A stretch of DNA of 63,667 bases, counting the filler, from Octopus bimaculoides (lineage: Eukaryota): NCBI RefSeq assembly GCF_001194135.2. It is 10 parts of 10 records of this genome, joined end to end, with 100 filler letters (N's around TTAATTAATTAA, not from the genome) between each part and the next. Parts side by side here need not be neighbours in the genome. Positions count along the whole stretch, not along the records: positions 50,257 to 52,402 come from NW_026416096.1; positions 52,503 to 55,020 come from NC_068996.1; positions 55,121 to 59,856 come from NC_068991.1; positions 59,957 to 62,085 come from NC_068983.1; positions 62,186 to 63,667 come from NW_026302295.1; 5 more parts are not named here. One strand, 5' to 3'. The position numbers were made by a program, and so were the translations under genes. Each line of letters opens with the position of its first letter. Position 1 is the first letter of the stretch. The notes beneath the pieces were generated by a model. That model was given only the letters and a program-made list of their open reading frames with translations, did no database searches and had not been told where the DNA came from. Positions 52,197 to 63,667 of the stretch are shown here, in pieces.

Positions 52197-52545
52197 CTGG
52201 TGAGTAAGATGTTAGTACAGACTTGTAAAAGACTTCACGTTAGGCAAGGGTAAATGCACAGAAGTCAGCATTGGTGACAGCAGTAATAACAGCGACTAAA
52301 CTACTAGATACAAATACATACGGAGACACATACACACACAAACATTTATATTCATATATACATATACTTACAGATATATGTATATATATATATATATATA
52401 TANNNNNNNNNNNNNNNNNNNNNNNNNNNNNNNNNNNNNNNNNNNNTTAATTAATTAANNNNNNNNNNNNNNNNNNNNNNNNNNNNNNNNNNNNNNNNNN
52501 NNAGAAAAATAATAGATTTATAAGCCTTAAAATTCACCCCATAAT

Positions 52546-52787
52546 TGCCCATGGGCATATGGCGTAGTGGTTAAGAGCGCGGGCTACTAACCCCAAGGTT
52601 CCGAGTTCGATTCACGGCAGCGACCTGATTAATAATAGTAATAATAATAATATAATAATAGTAACATCGATAGGAATGAGAACCCAGGTTCGAAATTTCC
52701 CCAAGACACCTGACGAAGGCTGGAGGGTATATCAGCCGAAACGTTGTGTTAACAACAAACAAGATGAGGACGAATATGTAAATAATA
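52546..52787 (+). mobile_element. Family E: tRNA head + (AAT)n + hammerhead-containing Penelope-like tail
   Basis: A box tggcgtagtgg, anticodon-like arm ggg-ctactaa-ccc, B box gagttcgattc, (AAT)n linker, then the tail shared with 36889 and 9156. Confidence 0.8.
52705..52750 (+). ncRNA. Minimal type I hammerhead ribozyme motif
   Basis: GACAC-CUGACGA-A-GGCUG(GAGGGUAUAU)CAGCC-GAA-ACGU-U-GUGUU; predicted cleavage 3' of 52745. Confidence 0.8.
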
Positions 52788-52947
52788 TATAGAAAATTGC
52801 ACTACTGGGCACTGCACACATCCTACGAAAAACACTTTCAATACAGTAACCATAAGAGCATCACAGCAAACCACAGCACATACCCAAGGCGCACAGAGCT
52901 GCGCTCGATAGTGAAGTGAAAGCATGTTATAAAAATAAAACTACTGA
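52784..52947 (+). mobile_element. Dong/R4-type 3' end, subfamily a
   Basis: QKIALLGTAHIL.KTLSIQ* plus UTR ending actactga-(AAT)n. Confidence 0.8.
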
Positions 52948-52963
52948 ACAATAATAATAATAA

Positions 52964-53290
52964 CAGACACAGAGGACCGGTGGCTATGGATGAGGAGGAG
53001 TGACCTGAAGATAGAGACAGAAGCATTCATATGCGCAGCTCAGAAACAAGCGTTAAGGACCAATTATATGAAGTGAAGAATTGACAACACTACCGATAGC
53101 GACAAATGCAGAATGAGTGGTGAGAGGACTGAAACGGCATGGCACATCGTTAGCCAATGCCCGAAATTGGCACAACGCGAAAACAAACGACGCCATGACA
53201 ATGTGACAAGAATGATCCATTGGGTGCTCTGTGGAAATCACGGCCAACAAAGAGCAAAGATGTGAACAAACTCCAGAAGGAGTCACCGAA

Positions 53291-53291
<1 letters not shown>
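52964..53291 (+). mobile_element. Dong/R4-type zinc-knuckle region fragment
   Basis: DTEDRWLWMRRSDLKIETEAFICAAQKQALRTNY...DKCRMSGERTETAWHIVSQCPKLAQRENKRRHDNV; (AAT)n on both sides. Confidence 0.85.
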
Positions 53292-53336
<45 letters not shown>

Positions 53337-53924
53337 GTAGTAGTAGTAGTAGTAGTAATTGTTCTCATCATCATCATCATCATCATTATTATTATTATGA
53401 TATGAAAACTGACAGCTTCTTTTGCTGGCATGATGGAAATTGTCAATTGTCCACACAGCCAGCAGACTAAAGTGACACTTATTTACTGGTCATGATTCAA
53501 GAACCCTGTGAAGAGTTATTCTGTCTAATGTTTTCAACTACGAAATTTAAAGAATTAATTTAAGTATAAGCGTAAAGAAAGACAGATTAACAGACTAAAT
53601 TAAGCAGGTGCCACTCTGCTCGACGAACATTCGCAGTACTAAAGGTCCATCAAAATTATTAACTTTCGCTATAGTAAACATTTGCAAAGTCTAGAAAATG
53701 ATTAACAAACTCACAGGAACACTGACATGTATGTAGCCTCTTATTTTGAAAACCTGGAACACCGACAAGCGTGTAGCATCTTATTTCGAATCTTGTTCTA
53801 TGATCCAAATTATAAGAACCTCGTGACATAAGAAGACTGGCAAAGGTAACAGATGCAAACTCAAACAAAATGCAAACTGAAAGTATTAAATAGATAATGG
53901 TTAATGATTAGCGAATACCAAAGG

Positions 53925-54065
53925 CAAGGTGGCGAATTAACTGAATCGTTAGAGCGTTGGATAGAATATCTCACATCATTTGTTTGAATTTTCAACGCCT
54001 TGAGTTCGAGTCCCGCCGAGAACTTTGACTTTCGTATTTTCGAGACCGATAAAAAAGAGGTAACA
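53925..54065 (+). mobile_element. Old SINE family A-related copy
   Basis: aaggtggcgaattaactgaatcgttagagcg...gagttcgagtcccgccgag...gaccgataaaa. Confidence 0.55.
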
Positions 54066-54675
54066 ATTCAGGACCGTTTGAGTGGACAATATGGTGATAC
54101 TGATAGACAAGACTAGCATGTATTAGCAACTGTTACTCTTCCGTAAAAACTTGTCCAGGCCTGTACATATAGCTGTATACACATGTTAAGTCTGACTGAC
54201 CGAAGATCCCTCTCTAACGTCCAAGTGATCAATCCACTAGAGGTAGAGCGCGATAGTATGAACATTTTAGATTGCAATAAAAATTTTGATCTGACCATCA
54301 ACGGTAGACGAACAGGTCCGAAAACATATTATTGAAGCCTAAAGATTTGCAATCAAAAATAATCATAAGCGAAACAAACCTGAAATTGTAGTGTTATAAC
54401 ATAAAGGCAATGTAATAACAAAAAGTATTTTTATAGCATAAAGGTTTATTTTATAGTAGAAAATAGCTTCCCCTTTTGATGCCAATATTGACACAGAAAC
54501 AAACTAAAAAANNNNNNNNNNNNNNNNNNNNNNNNNNNNNNNNNNNNNNNNNNNNNNNNNNNNNNNNNNNNNNNNNNNNNNNNNNNNNNNNNNNNNNNNN
54601 NNNNNNNNNNNNNNNNNNNNNNNNNNNNNNNNNNNNNNNNNNNNNNNNNNNNNNNNNNNNNNNNNNNNNNNNNNN

Positions 54676-54714
<39 letters not shown>

Positions 54715-54799
54715 TGTATGTAAAATCATTCAATCACAACACTGCAAACACAGGACACATGTGTAACATGTAATGCATATTATATGTACAATTAAATGC

Positions 54800-54836
<37 letters not shown>

Positions 54837-54869
54837 TAGACAGACAGATAGACAGGCAGACAGACAGAC

Positions 54870-54910
<41 letters not shown>

Positions 54911-55020
54911 CATTTCTTTTATTAGCCACACAGGGTTCAACAACGATGGGACAAATACAATGTAGAGCTTTTCTTTTTGGGAAAAAAGGAAAGCTCTACA
55001 TTGTATTTGTCCCATCGTTG

Positions 55021-55120
55021 NNNNNNNNNNNNNNNNNNNNNNNNNNNNNNNNNNNNNNNNNNNNTTAATTAATTAANNNNNNNNNNNNNNNNNNNNNNNN
55101 NNNNNNNNNNNNNNNNNNNN
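55021..55120. other. Assembly spacer N44-TTAATTAATTAA-N44 (also at 20476, 24417, 41928, 46936, 50201, 52447, 59901, 62130)
   Basis: Identical 12-mer centred in 100-bp gaps; it is palindromic with stops in all six frames. Confidence 0.95.
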
Positions 55121-55213
<93 letters not shown>

Positions 55214-55948
55214 TGTATACATATATTTATATACACACTCATTGATATATATATAATATATATACGCACATGTGTCTCTGTTCATTTCTTTACAGAATGA
55301 CGTATATACAGTCACAAATATTCACATCACGTCAGAAGGTCGCGCATACACATATATAAACATGGTTTTTGCGCATGCGTATGTATGTGTGTGTCTGTGT
55401 GTGTGTATCTGTATGTGTATGTGTGTGTGTGTGTGTGAGTGTGTGTGCGTGTGTGGCGGTCATATTTCCCCCTTTCCAATTATATTAAGAATGTTATTGC
55501 AACGGTAGTTATTGTTGACTCAGTTAAATACATTATTGATGCTGATGTTTTCGTTACTGTCATCTTCTCTCCTCACGCAAATGTTCCATAGAATTGGGCA
55601 CCAAATGATAGTTGATATCAGCGATTTTTACTTCTGATACACGAGTCCAAATTCACCTGTAATGGGTGTTACACCAACCACTGATTGCGGAGATAGAGCT
55701 GAAATCTTCCATCCTAATCAAATAAAGACATATCCCTAGCGATTTATCTATTACTCTATCGAACCACAAGTCTTACTGTTCTCTATCTCTCAATAACTGT
55801 TAGCGTTCTTTGTTCCCCTTCGTTTCTCCCCGTTCCTGTCTATCTAACTATCTATTCAATCAATCTGTATATCTTTCTTTCTTTCGCTTCATGCACACAC
55901 ACGCAGGCACATACACACTCACACACACACACGGTTACACACAGTGAC

Positions 55949-56003
<55 letters not shown>

Positions 56004-56163
56004 ATGGTGTCTGTTAAGCAGTGGCGATTTTTCCAATTCTGTAAATAATAATAATGTTTTATAAGCCTAAAGCTTAGGAGCGATCATTAAGCCTAAAGGT
56101 TAGAAGCGATCACTACAGAAAATAGTAGTTTAACATTGGGGCATATGAGCTCACGGCGATTAT

Positions 56164-56344
56164 AGGCGTAGGAGTGGCTTTGTGTCAAGTACCTTCCTTA
56201 TCAACAACATGGTTCTGGGTTCAGTCCCACTGCGTGGCACCTTGGGCACGTGTCTTCTACTATAGCCTCGAGCCCACCAAAGCCTTGTGAGTGGATTAGG
56301 TAGACGGAAACTGAAAAAAGCCCGTTGTACATATNNNNNNNNNN

Positions 56345-56419
<75 letters not shown>

Positions 56420-56497
56420 GTGCGTGTTTGTGTGTTAGTGTTTGTCATCCCATCATCGCTTGACAACCGATGTTAGTGTGTTTACGTCCCCGTAACT
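56164..56497 (+). mobile_element. SINE family B (head, internal microsatellite, part of 3' half)
   Basis: aggcgtaggagtggc...gggttcagtcccactgcgtggcaccttgggc...(TA)n(TG)n...cgcttgacaaccgatg. Confidence 0.85.
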
Positions 56498-56689
56498 TCC
56501 CTGTTAAATATTTAGGTGATAGTCTTAATAGTTCTTCACGCTGTTACCGAATTTAAATTTAAGCACGGACATTGCTAGGATGAAATAAATTGTCAGCGAT
56601 GTCCATATTTGGCTACGACCTGAAAGCTTCGATGTGCATACAGAACTCGTGCTCACGTGATCAACCAGACAATATTGAATGTTGTAATA

Positions 56690-56945
56690 CATCGCTGGTC
56701 AAACTGCCCTTTCCTTAGTTTCATCTTTCGAATTATAGTACCTCGGTGGCCAAGCGAGCAAGCAAAACCCCTCTCCCTGATTGGAAGGGCTATTCCGTTG
56801 CAGGGGTAAACCATTTACAGCAGAGTGGACTAGAACGACTTGAAATGAAGCGTTTTGTTCAAGAACCCAAACCGTCGCTCGGTTCGGCAATCGAGCCCAC
56901 GTCCGAACAATCGTGAATGTAATAGTCCTACTCACTAGGTCACGC
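56690..56945 (-). mobile_element. Old CORE-like SINE, family G
   Basis: Minus strand gtgacctagtgagtaggac...cttgaacaaaacgcttcatttc...agtccactctgctgtaaatgg. Confidence 0.55.
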
Positions 56946-57600
56946 CCCTCTCTTCATATACATGCATACACGTGTGTGTGTGCAGGAATATCCCCGAAAG
57001 CAACTTAGTACATATATTAAATAATGTCAAATATTATCGATGATTTAGTATAATAAATTCACATGTATTTAAAACCTGTGATTCATAATATACTTCATAA
57101 GTATTCACTGGGCGGCTAAGCAACAGCAACCACCATAAGCAGAATAATTACATAGATATATTAACATGTGATAAACAAGAACACTTGCCGATATTCACAA
57201 TGATGAAAATGCTCAAAATATTTCTGATTTCGATTGTAGAACTACGTAATAATATTGTCTTTCAACTATACTAAAATGATAAACAGTTAAGAATCTAGGC
57301 AATTTTAATCACCTGCGCATTTTAATGGCCAGTTGACAGGTTCTGTTCTTCATTAAACTTCTAATGTAATAAATTAACTCAATTCGTTTTGATGGAGAGT
57401 TTAGCTCGAAACCATTCCACCCAGTCGAAATCTAATCTATGCTTAGACTAAATGAGATAAATATAATTAAAATCTTCTTTAATAGGCTGTCGTAGGAAAA
57501 CATAAATTATATTGGTATAGTACTTATATCAATTAATCAATAATTTCTACAACAGAAAATGTATGAACTGTACCTGCGTATGTTTGTATAGAGGTATATA

Positions 57601-57647
<47 letters not shown>

Positions 57648-58876
57648 ACACACACACACACATTTATATATATATACATTCATGCACACATACATAAAAA
57701 TTTGTATGAATATATGTATAGATGTATGTATATGTAAAGATATATATATCGATATTATTATGCAAAAGCGTCATAAGTTCAAAACGTTGTTTTTTTCAGA
57801 AAGCAAAACCAAAATTTCACCATTCCATAGGAAAACTGTTGTATTACTCTATGACAGTTTTTGATATATTGGCACCTGAACAAGCTGGGAAATACGATAG
57901 TATCACCAAAAGAACCGGCTATTGCAAGCATAAACAAACGTGGAAAAAAACGCATTTGCCCAAATTTGGACATACAACAGTCTAACATAAAAACAATGCT
58001 ATATCTACATACATACATATATATTTAATTATGTATATAGGCAGGTATATATCGTAGTCAGTTTGTCAGTTTATGTATGTGTCCGTAAGTTTGTGTAGTG
58101 AGACTGTTTTTAAATGTAGATGCTCCTGTGTGTATGACCATAAATGAGTTTTTCTGCGCTTTTGATTTATTTCTTCATTGAAAAAAACTCTATTATGCTG
58201 ATCTTTCCTCAAATTTCTTCGACCTAGTTATCACAACCAAAACATGTGCAGAAAGGCAATAACAACATTCTTACTGATTATCATTGTATGACAGGGTAGG
58301 AAATCAATGAGTAACGGGTGTAAATAATATCTCAATTTTAACGCAATAACTAAATTGGTTTGTACCTGTAACTTGCTTGTATATTCTGAGGTTGTTTATC
58401 ATATTCCTCGTCTATTACATTATAATTTTTTTTTCTCTTCATGAAAGCGATTTTTCTATGTATATAATAACAGATTTAAGAGTTTCATACACACCTATAT
58501 AGAGAGATACACACCTATATAGATATCGTTTTATCGTTTCATTTTGTACAGGAAAGTGCGTTTGTTAATTATGACTATTTATTAGTTTTACGAATCTCCC
58601 TATGTACGAATTTACTTATAGTTGTCCCTAATAATAGGGAGCTGCACTAAACTAGGTTTAATGCCTATTTACACCGTCCATTAGATCAAATCTTTCGGGA
58701 TAGTTCCTTATGCACCTATAACCATGGGCATGCATTTTTACCTGCACTTTCCATAGCCTCTGTAACTCGACACCTAGATCCTAGTAATATAATAATTTAT
58801 CTATACCTCTCATATTGACTTCCTGTTCATTTGGGACTGTCAAATCAGTTACCTGGCACTTTCTATTCTCTTTGTA

Positions 58877-58942
<66 letters not shown>

Positions 58943-59279
58943 CACTACTACTAAGTCATGGCTTGTAACTACTTAATTCTTCTTCTTAATACTACTCTGA
59001 GAAGGAATAAACATAACGCAAATATTAAAGGGGTTACCGAATCAGCCTGGTAGAAAAATCCCCTCTTGATTTTATTTCTTTCTAAAAATCTTTCAACAGA
59101 GATTTCGGAGCATGCTCTACCCTCATGTCAATTCGAATTTCTTGAGAGTTAAACTCTCAAATTGCAAGATTTTCACAATTTCGCCATTTAGTAACTTTTA
59201 TTTTTCCACCTTTTTCAGCTCTTTGTCACATACGTTTGCATGCCCAGGTATGCCAATATTTATAATCATAGTTTCTTGT

Positions 59280-59339
<60 letters not shown>

Positions 59340-59361
59340 CATTATTATCATTATTATTTTA

Positions 59362-59581
59362 TTGTCTTTGCACAGCTTCTAACGCTGGAAATGCACTACG
59401 GTGTCACCTGTTCACTACCAGTGAAGTAAGGGAACTCCCCTTATTTTTCGAGCACCATCGAGAGTATTCAAGCGGTTCCAAGCAGCGCTGTTTACTCCGA
59501 TAATTACTGGTACTACTACCACCTTTTCCAGAGACCACACCTGCTTAACCTCTCAAGCTAACCTGTTCTCTCTATTACCTA

Positions 59582-59582
<1 letters not shown>
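59362..59582 (-). mobile_element. Dong/R4-type 3' end with internal deletion
   Basis: EVKQVWSLEKVVVVPVIIG...TALLGTA*ILSMVLEK*; UTR matches 45260-45337. Confidence 0.8.
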
Positions 59583-59605
<23 letters not shown>

Positions 59606-59618
<13 letters not shown>

Positions 59619-59857
59619 TAGTTTTATTTTTATAACGTGCTTTCACTTCACTACCGAGCGCAGCTCTGTGCACCTTGGGTATGTGCTGTGGTTTGCTGTG
59701 GTGCTCTTATGTTTACTGTATTGAAAGTGTTTTGCGTAGAATGTGTGCAGTACCCAGTAGTGCAATTTTCTGTATGTTATATATATTTGTAAGTCCTGGT
59801 GTTTTTGTTATGTATTTGTCTGAATATTTTTTTATTATACCTAAGGCACCTACTATN
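59606..59857 (-). mobile_element. Dong/R4-type 3' end, subfamily a
   Basis: IVGALGIIKKYSDKYITKTPGLTNIYNIQKIALLGTAHILRKTLSIQ* plus UTR running into (TAA)n. Confidence 0.85.
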
Positions 59858-59984
59858 NNNNNNNNNNNNNNNNNNNNNNNNNNNNNNNNNNNNNNNNNNN
59901 TTAATTAATTAANNNNNNNNNNNNNNNNNNNNNNNNNNNNNNNNNNNNNNNNNNNNGGGGGGGGGGCAAACACAGACACACAAA

Positions 59985-60183
59985 TAGGAGTAGCTATAGG
60001 CGTGGTTCTGGGTTCAGTCCCACAGCGTAGCACCTTGGACAAGTGTCTTCTACTTCCGCCTCGGGCTGACCAAAGCCTTGTGAGTGGATTTGGTAGACGG
60101 AAACTAAGCGGTTCGGCAAAAGAAAGACCGATAGAATAAGTACTAGGCTTACAAAGAATAAGCCCTGGTGCATGGCCGCAGTC
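59985..60183 (+). mobile_element. SINE family B with internal deletions
   Basis: The two halves are joined at cggaaact|aagcggttcggc with the microsatellite removed. Confidence 0.75.
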
Positions 60184-60204
60184 TGATATTTCTTTGAAGA
60201 ATCA

Positions 60205-60415
60205 TTGTTTCAAATTTTGACATAAGGCCAGCAATTTAGTGAGGAAAAGAGGATAGTTGATTACATCACCTCCAGTACTTAACAAATACTTTGTTTTATC
60301 GACCCCGAAAGAATGAAGGGCAAAGTTCATCTCGGCGACATTTGAACACAGAACATCAACAGCCTGAATAAATGTATCGTTTCAGTGCTCTAGCAATTCT
60401 GCCGGCTCGTCACCT
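60205..60415 (-). mobile_element. SINE family A, diverged
   Basis: atcgaccccgaaagaatgaagggcaaag...tttgaacacagaac. Confidence 0.7.
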
Positions 60416-60770
60416 TACTGTCGTATCGTTAATAGTAGAATTAAACGGTGTGCTGAAGTGGAAATCGACCACATATTTGATTTGTTGGGTGTAGGTAAAT
60501 CAATTACATTAATTCCTCATATTGTTTAAGAATAATTTTATCGATACCGGAAGGATGAAAGTCAAAATCGAACACGACAGGGTTTATTTATTTATGACCA
60601 AATCTGTGGGGGGAAATGCGCGCATTATTGTTTCCCTACACGAAGGACACTGCTTGTACCACTGACTTTGGAACACCGAACTAAAGTACTTCAAGTATCT
60701 AGAGGGCGTGCAATGTCGCCGTCTCATATATGTAATACAGTGAATTGAAAACCATCGATTGAAATTATCT

Positions 60771-61148
60771 GGTTGGCACTCCGTCGCTTACGACATCGAG
60801 GGTTTCAGTTGATCCGATTAACGGAACAGCCTGCTCGTGAAATTAACGTGCAAGTGGATGAGCACTCCACAGACACGTGTACCCCGTAGTTCTCGGGGAT
60901 ATTCAGCGTGGCACAGTGTGACAAGGCTGGTCCTTTGAATTACAGGCACAACAGAAACAGGAAGAAAGAGTGAGAGAAAGTTGTGGTGAAAGAGTACAGC
61001 AGTGTTCGCCACCATCCCCTGCTGAAGCCTTGTGGAACTTTAGGTGTTTTCGCTCAATAAACACTCACAACGCCCGGTCTGGGAATCGAAACCACGATCC
61101 TACGATCGCGAGTCCGCTACCATAACCACTGGGCCATTGCGCCTCCAC
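60771..61148 (-). mobile_element. SINE family D with 12-bp target-site duplication
   Basis: ttgaaattatct at 60759-60770 and 61149-61160. Confidence 0.9.
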
Positions 61149-61812
61149 TTGAAATTATCTACATGAACAGTAAACTGAAACTGTAGCTTGGCGTGTTAGG
61201 ACCAGAAAACAGTAACGAAGGGAGATAACTCTGATTTGAGCCAACAATAATTTTGGCAAAATTAAAATATTATATTGTATAGGTTATTGTTCTGAATGTG
61301 AATCACTTTCATTTCTCTGGGGTGTATAAAATATATACCTGTTGTTGTTGTAGTCGTAAAAGTAGTTGTTTAGCCCCAAGTCAGCCCCAAGAACAAAGGG
61401 ATTCAAGTCATGACCATCTCGTTTTTTTTTTTGTTCCGTATCTATATTGTCCAAGGTGGTTTTCTTAACGATATGGTGGTAGTTGAAGGTAATATGGCTG
61501 AAAATTCTCAGTTCTAGTGACTACGTGGAGGTAGTTTCCTTCATTGCTTTATATACATGTATCAGTTTTGTGCTTGAATAGATAGAAAAGACCACTCCCG
61601 TCCTTTACAATGTCGTTACATTGTATCAATGTAAGACATCAACTAGTTCGTACTCTCTTGTTACAAAACTTTTATCATGGACAACAATGAGAAACAAACG
61701 AGGTAGCCTTCGCTGTGCTCACAGACTGATAACATTCCGTTCATATTTACAACATGACTTAGAGAAGAAAAAGCAGAATTTTGATACAACTTAAGACCTT
61801 CATAACTGGTGT

Positions 61813-62010
61813 AGTGAAGACGCGTGGCCTTGTGGTTTGGGTGCTGCACTCATGATAGCAATATAGTGGTTTCGATTCTCGAACTTGACGGTGTATTGTG
61901 ATCGTCAGCAAAAAACTAGATTTCACGTGGATTTGCTCTGATCCACTTAGCTGTAAGTGAGTGACCCAGCAAGGGTCTAACGTCCCGTTAGAGAGAATGT
62001 TGTGATCCCA
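61813..62010 (+). mobile_element. Old CORE-like SINE, family G
   Basis: gtgaagacgcgtggccttgtggtttggg...ggtttcgattc...gatccacttagctgtaagtgag. Confidence 0.55.
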
Positions 62011-62085
<75 letters not shown>

Positions 62086-62308
62086 NNNNNNNNNNNNNNN
62101 NNNNNNNNNNNNNNNNNNNNNNNNNNNNNTTAATTAATTAANNNNNNNNNNNNNNNNNNNNNNNNNNNNNNNNNNNNNNNNNNNNGAGAGAGAGGGGGGG
62201 GGACCAGTCAAGCAGCACATCACGCTGTAATTCTTTGTCTGAGAAATCAACACTTAAAAGCCATAATTTTAAAGGAGCGATAAATATATATATATATACA
62301 CACACACA

Positions 62309-63182
62309 CAGGATGCAATGGGTAAATTGTCACCGTTTTATATTTTTAATTTCATGCATGCACATTGTTTATTTTTGATTGTGTCAACTACACAGTATAG
62401 TTGAGTCAGTTGGGCACCATTTGTGAGAAAAACAGCACCATGATGCAAGTCACTCTGCCAGAAATTTGGAAACGACATGCTCTACTGCTTGGCATTCGCA
62501 CCGGAAGCTCCAATAGAAACAGATGGTGAACACACAGAACAACTGTTGGCTTGCCATGGAATCAAAACATGTACCGAGAGTGATGAAAATGAAACATCTC
62601 AGTCAGTATCATGCTGTTTGGAGTGATCAGTAGTGATGGCGACATTATGTCTCCATCTTTCCACATTGCCTCAGACTCAACACGGAAACCTACATCAAGT
62701 GCCTGGAGGAGGTAGTGCTAACCTGGGTCAAGAGGGTGACTACTGGAAGACCCTGTGTCTGGCAACAGGACTCTGCACCATGCCACACAAACAGGAAAAC
62801 CCTGTCAGACAATTTCTGCAACCACATCGCCCCTAATATCTGGCCACCTAATTCCCCAGACTACATTCCTTTGATTATTGTGTGGGATGCAGTTGAGTGA
62901 GAGACCAACAAGGCTCCTTATAACACCAAAGATGAACTGAAGGCAAAGATTATGGCAGCATTCACCAACTTAAACAAGGAGACTGTCCAGAAGTGTTGCA
63001 GGGGATTCCAAAGTCGTCTGTAGTCTGTGGCTGATGCCAATGACGATTTTATTGAATAAATTTACTCTTTAGTATTTCAAGATATTTTTATGTAATTTTG
63101 ATAAATATATCTGTTAAAATGAGATGACAGTGTTATTTTCGTTTTTGTATAATTTAGACGACTATTTATTCACCGCACCCTG
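62309..63182 (+). mobile_element. Internally deleted Tc1/mariner transposon, probably DD37D (maT)-like
   Basis: Terminal inverted repeats caggatgcaatgggtaaattgtc / gactatttattcaccgcaccctg with TA on the right. Transposase remnants WVKRVTTGRPCVWQQDSAPCH and IWPPNSPD with frameshifts. The DD37D assignment is inferred from motif style. Confidence 0.85.
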
Positions 63183-63354
63183 TATATATGAATACCTACA
63201 CATACAAGTATATATTTATATAAGGGCATTACTATACAAGAATGCCTCACACTATGAGGGACTCTAAGGTCAGACTACCATAAAAAAACACATTTTTACA
63301 TACAAGCATATATGTGTCTGTGTGTGTGGTGTATATTTGTGTAAGTATACTTAC

Positions 63355-63562
63355 CAGTTACAAAATGCTCACTGCAGATATAGACATATTTTGAATGTGG
63401 TATCCATTGGGTTCCATCTGAATTAATGCGTTGACATGCTCTGACCCATAGTCTACGTCGTTCTGCTTTCTTCAGCAAGTTGGGCAAACAAAAGAACGAT
63501 ACCTTTTTGTCCTTCATCATGTGGTGATTCAAACAGCCATGAGCACTGCAAGTTTTAGGCAT
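63355..63562 (-). CDS. THAP zinc-binding domain, first coding exon
   Basis: MPKTCSAHGC...SFFCLP...RRRLWVRAC...YICSEHFVT(G): C2CH ligands plus conserved P, W, F. ATG at 63562 and consensus donor ACTG|gtaagt at 63355/63354 (phase 1). Confidence 0.85.
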
Positions 63563-63667
63563 TTTCAATTACCTCTTGGTTGTTTTTAGCCCTGACCCAG
63601 CAGACTTATGATTGAATATATTCCAGCCATAAAAATTCACTCATTTTTTCCCCCCCAAACATTGTAT

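Noticed and set aside
52551-52620. tRNA-like sequences heading the SINEs (also at 3560-3630, 34480-34550, 37075-37150)
   Set aside because: Acceptor stems are incomplete and each continues into repeat body; SINE heads, not tRNA genes.
53716-53790. Two diverged 35-bp copies with a 40-bp period
   Set aside because: Only two units with no spacer diversity; an old local duplication, not a CRISPR array or minisatellite system.

Overview
Animal genomic DNA from a gappy draft assembly: AT-rich, saturated with microsatellites, and containing nine artificial 100-bp N44-TTAATTAATTAA-N44 spacers. The SINE repertoire resembles what I recall for octopus (coleoid cephalopod); this is an inference, not a database result. 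Most of the window is intron-like or intergenic. It holds at least five tRNA-derived SINE families, fragments of Dong/R4-type restriction-like-endonuclease (RLE) retrotransposons embedded in (TAA)n arrays, CR1- and CRE-type fragments, a decayed Tc1/mariner, MITEs and a U6 pseudogene. Coding signal is limited to a minus-strand THAP-domain exon (63355-63562) and a few isolated minus-strand exon candidates, the best at 52092-52196. The most interesting element is a ~250-bp repeat (36889-37151 minus, 52546-52787 plus; rearranged tail at 9050-9260). It joins a Pol III tRNA-like head and an (AAT)n linker to a tail carrying an intact minimal type I hammerhead ribozyme of the Penelope-like dimer-dependent form, making it a candidate ribozyme-bearing, Penelope-mobilised SINE. 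Other leads are a pre-miRNA-like hairpin (35159-35253), a possible U6-SINE chimera, a non-coding TAA-flanked element and an inverted telomere-repeat palindrome.
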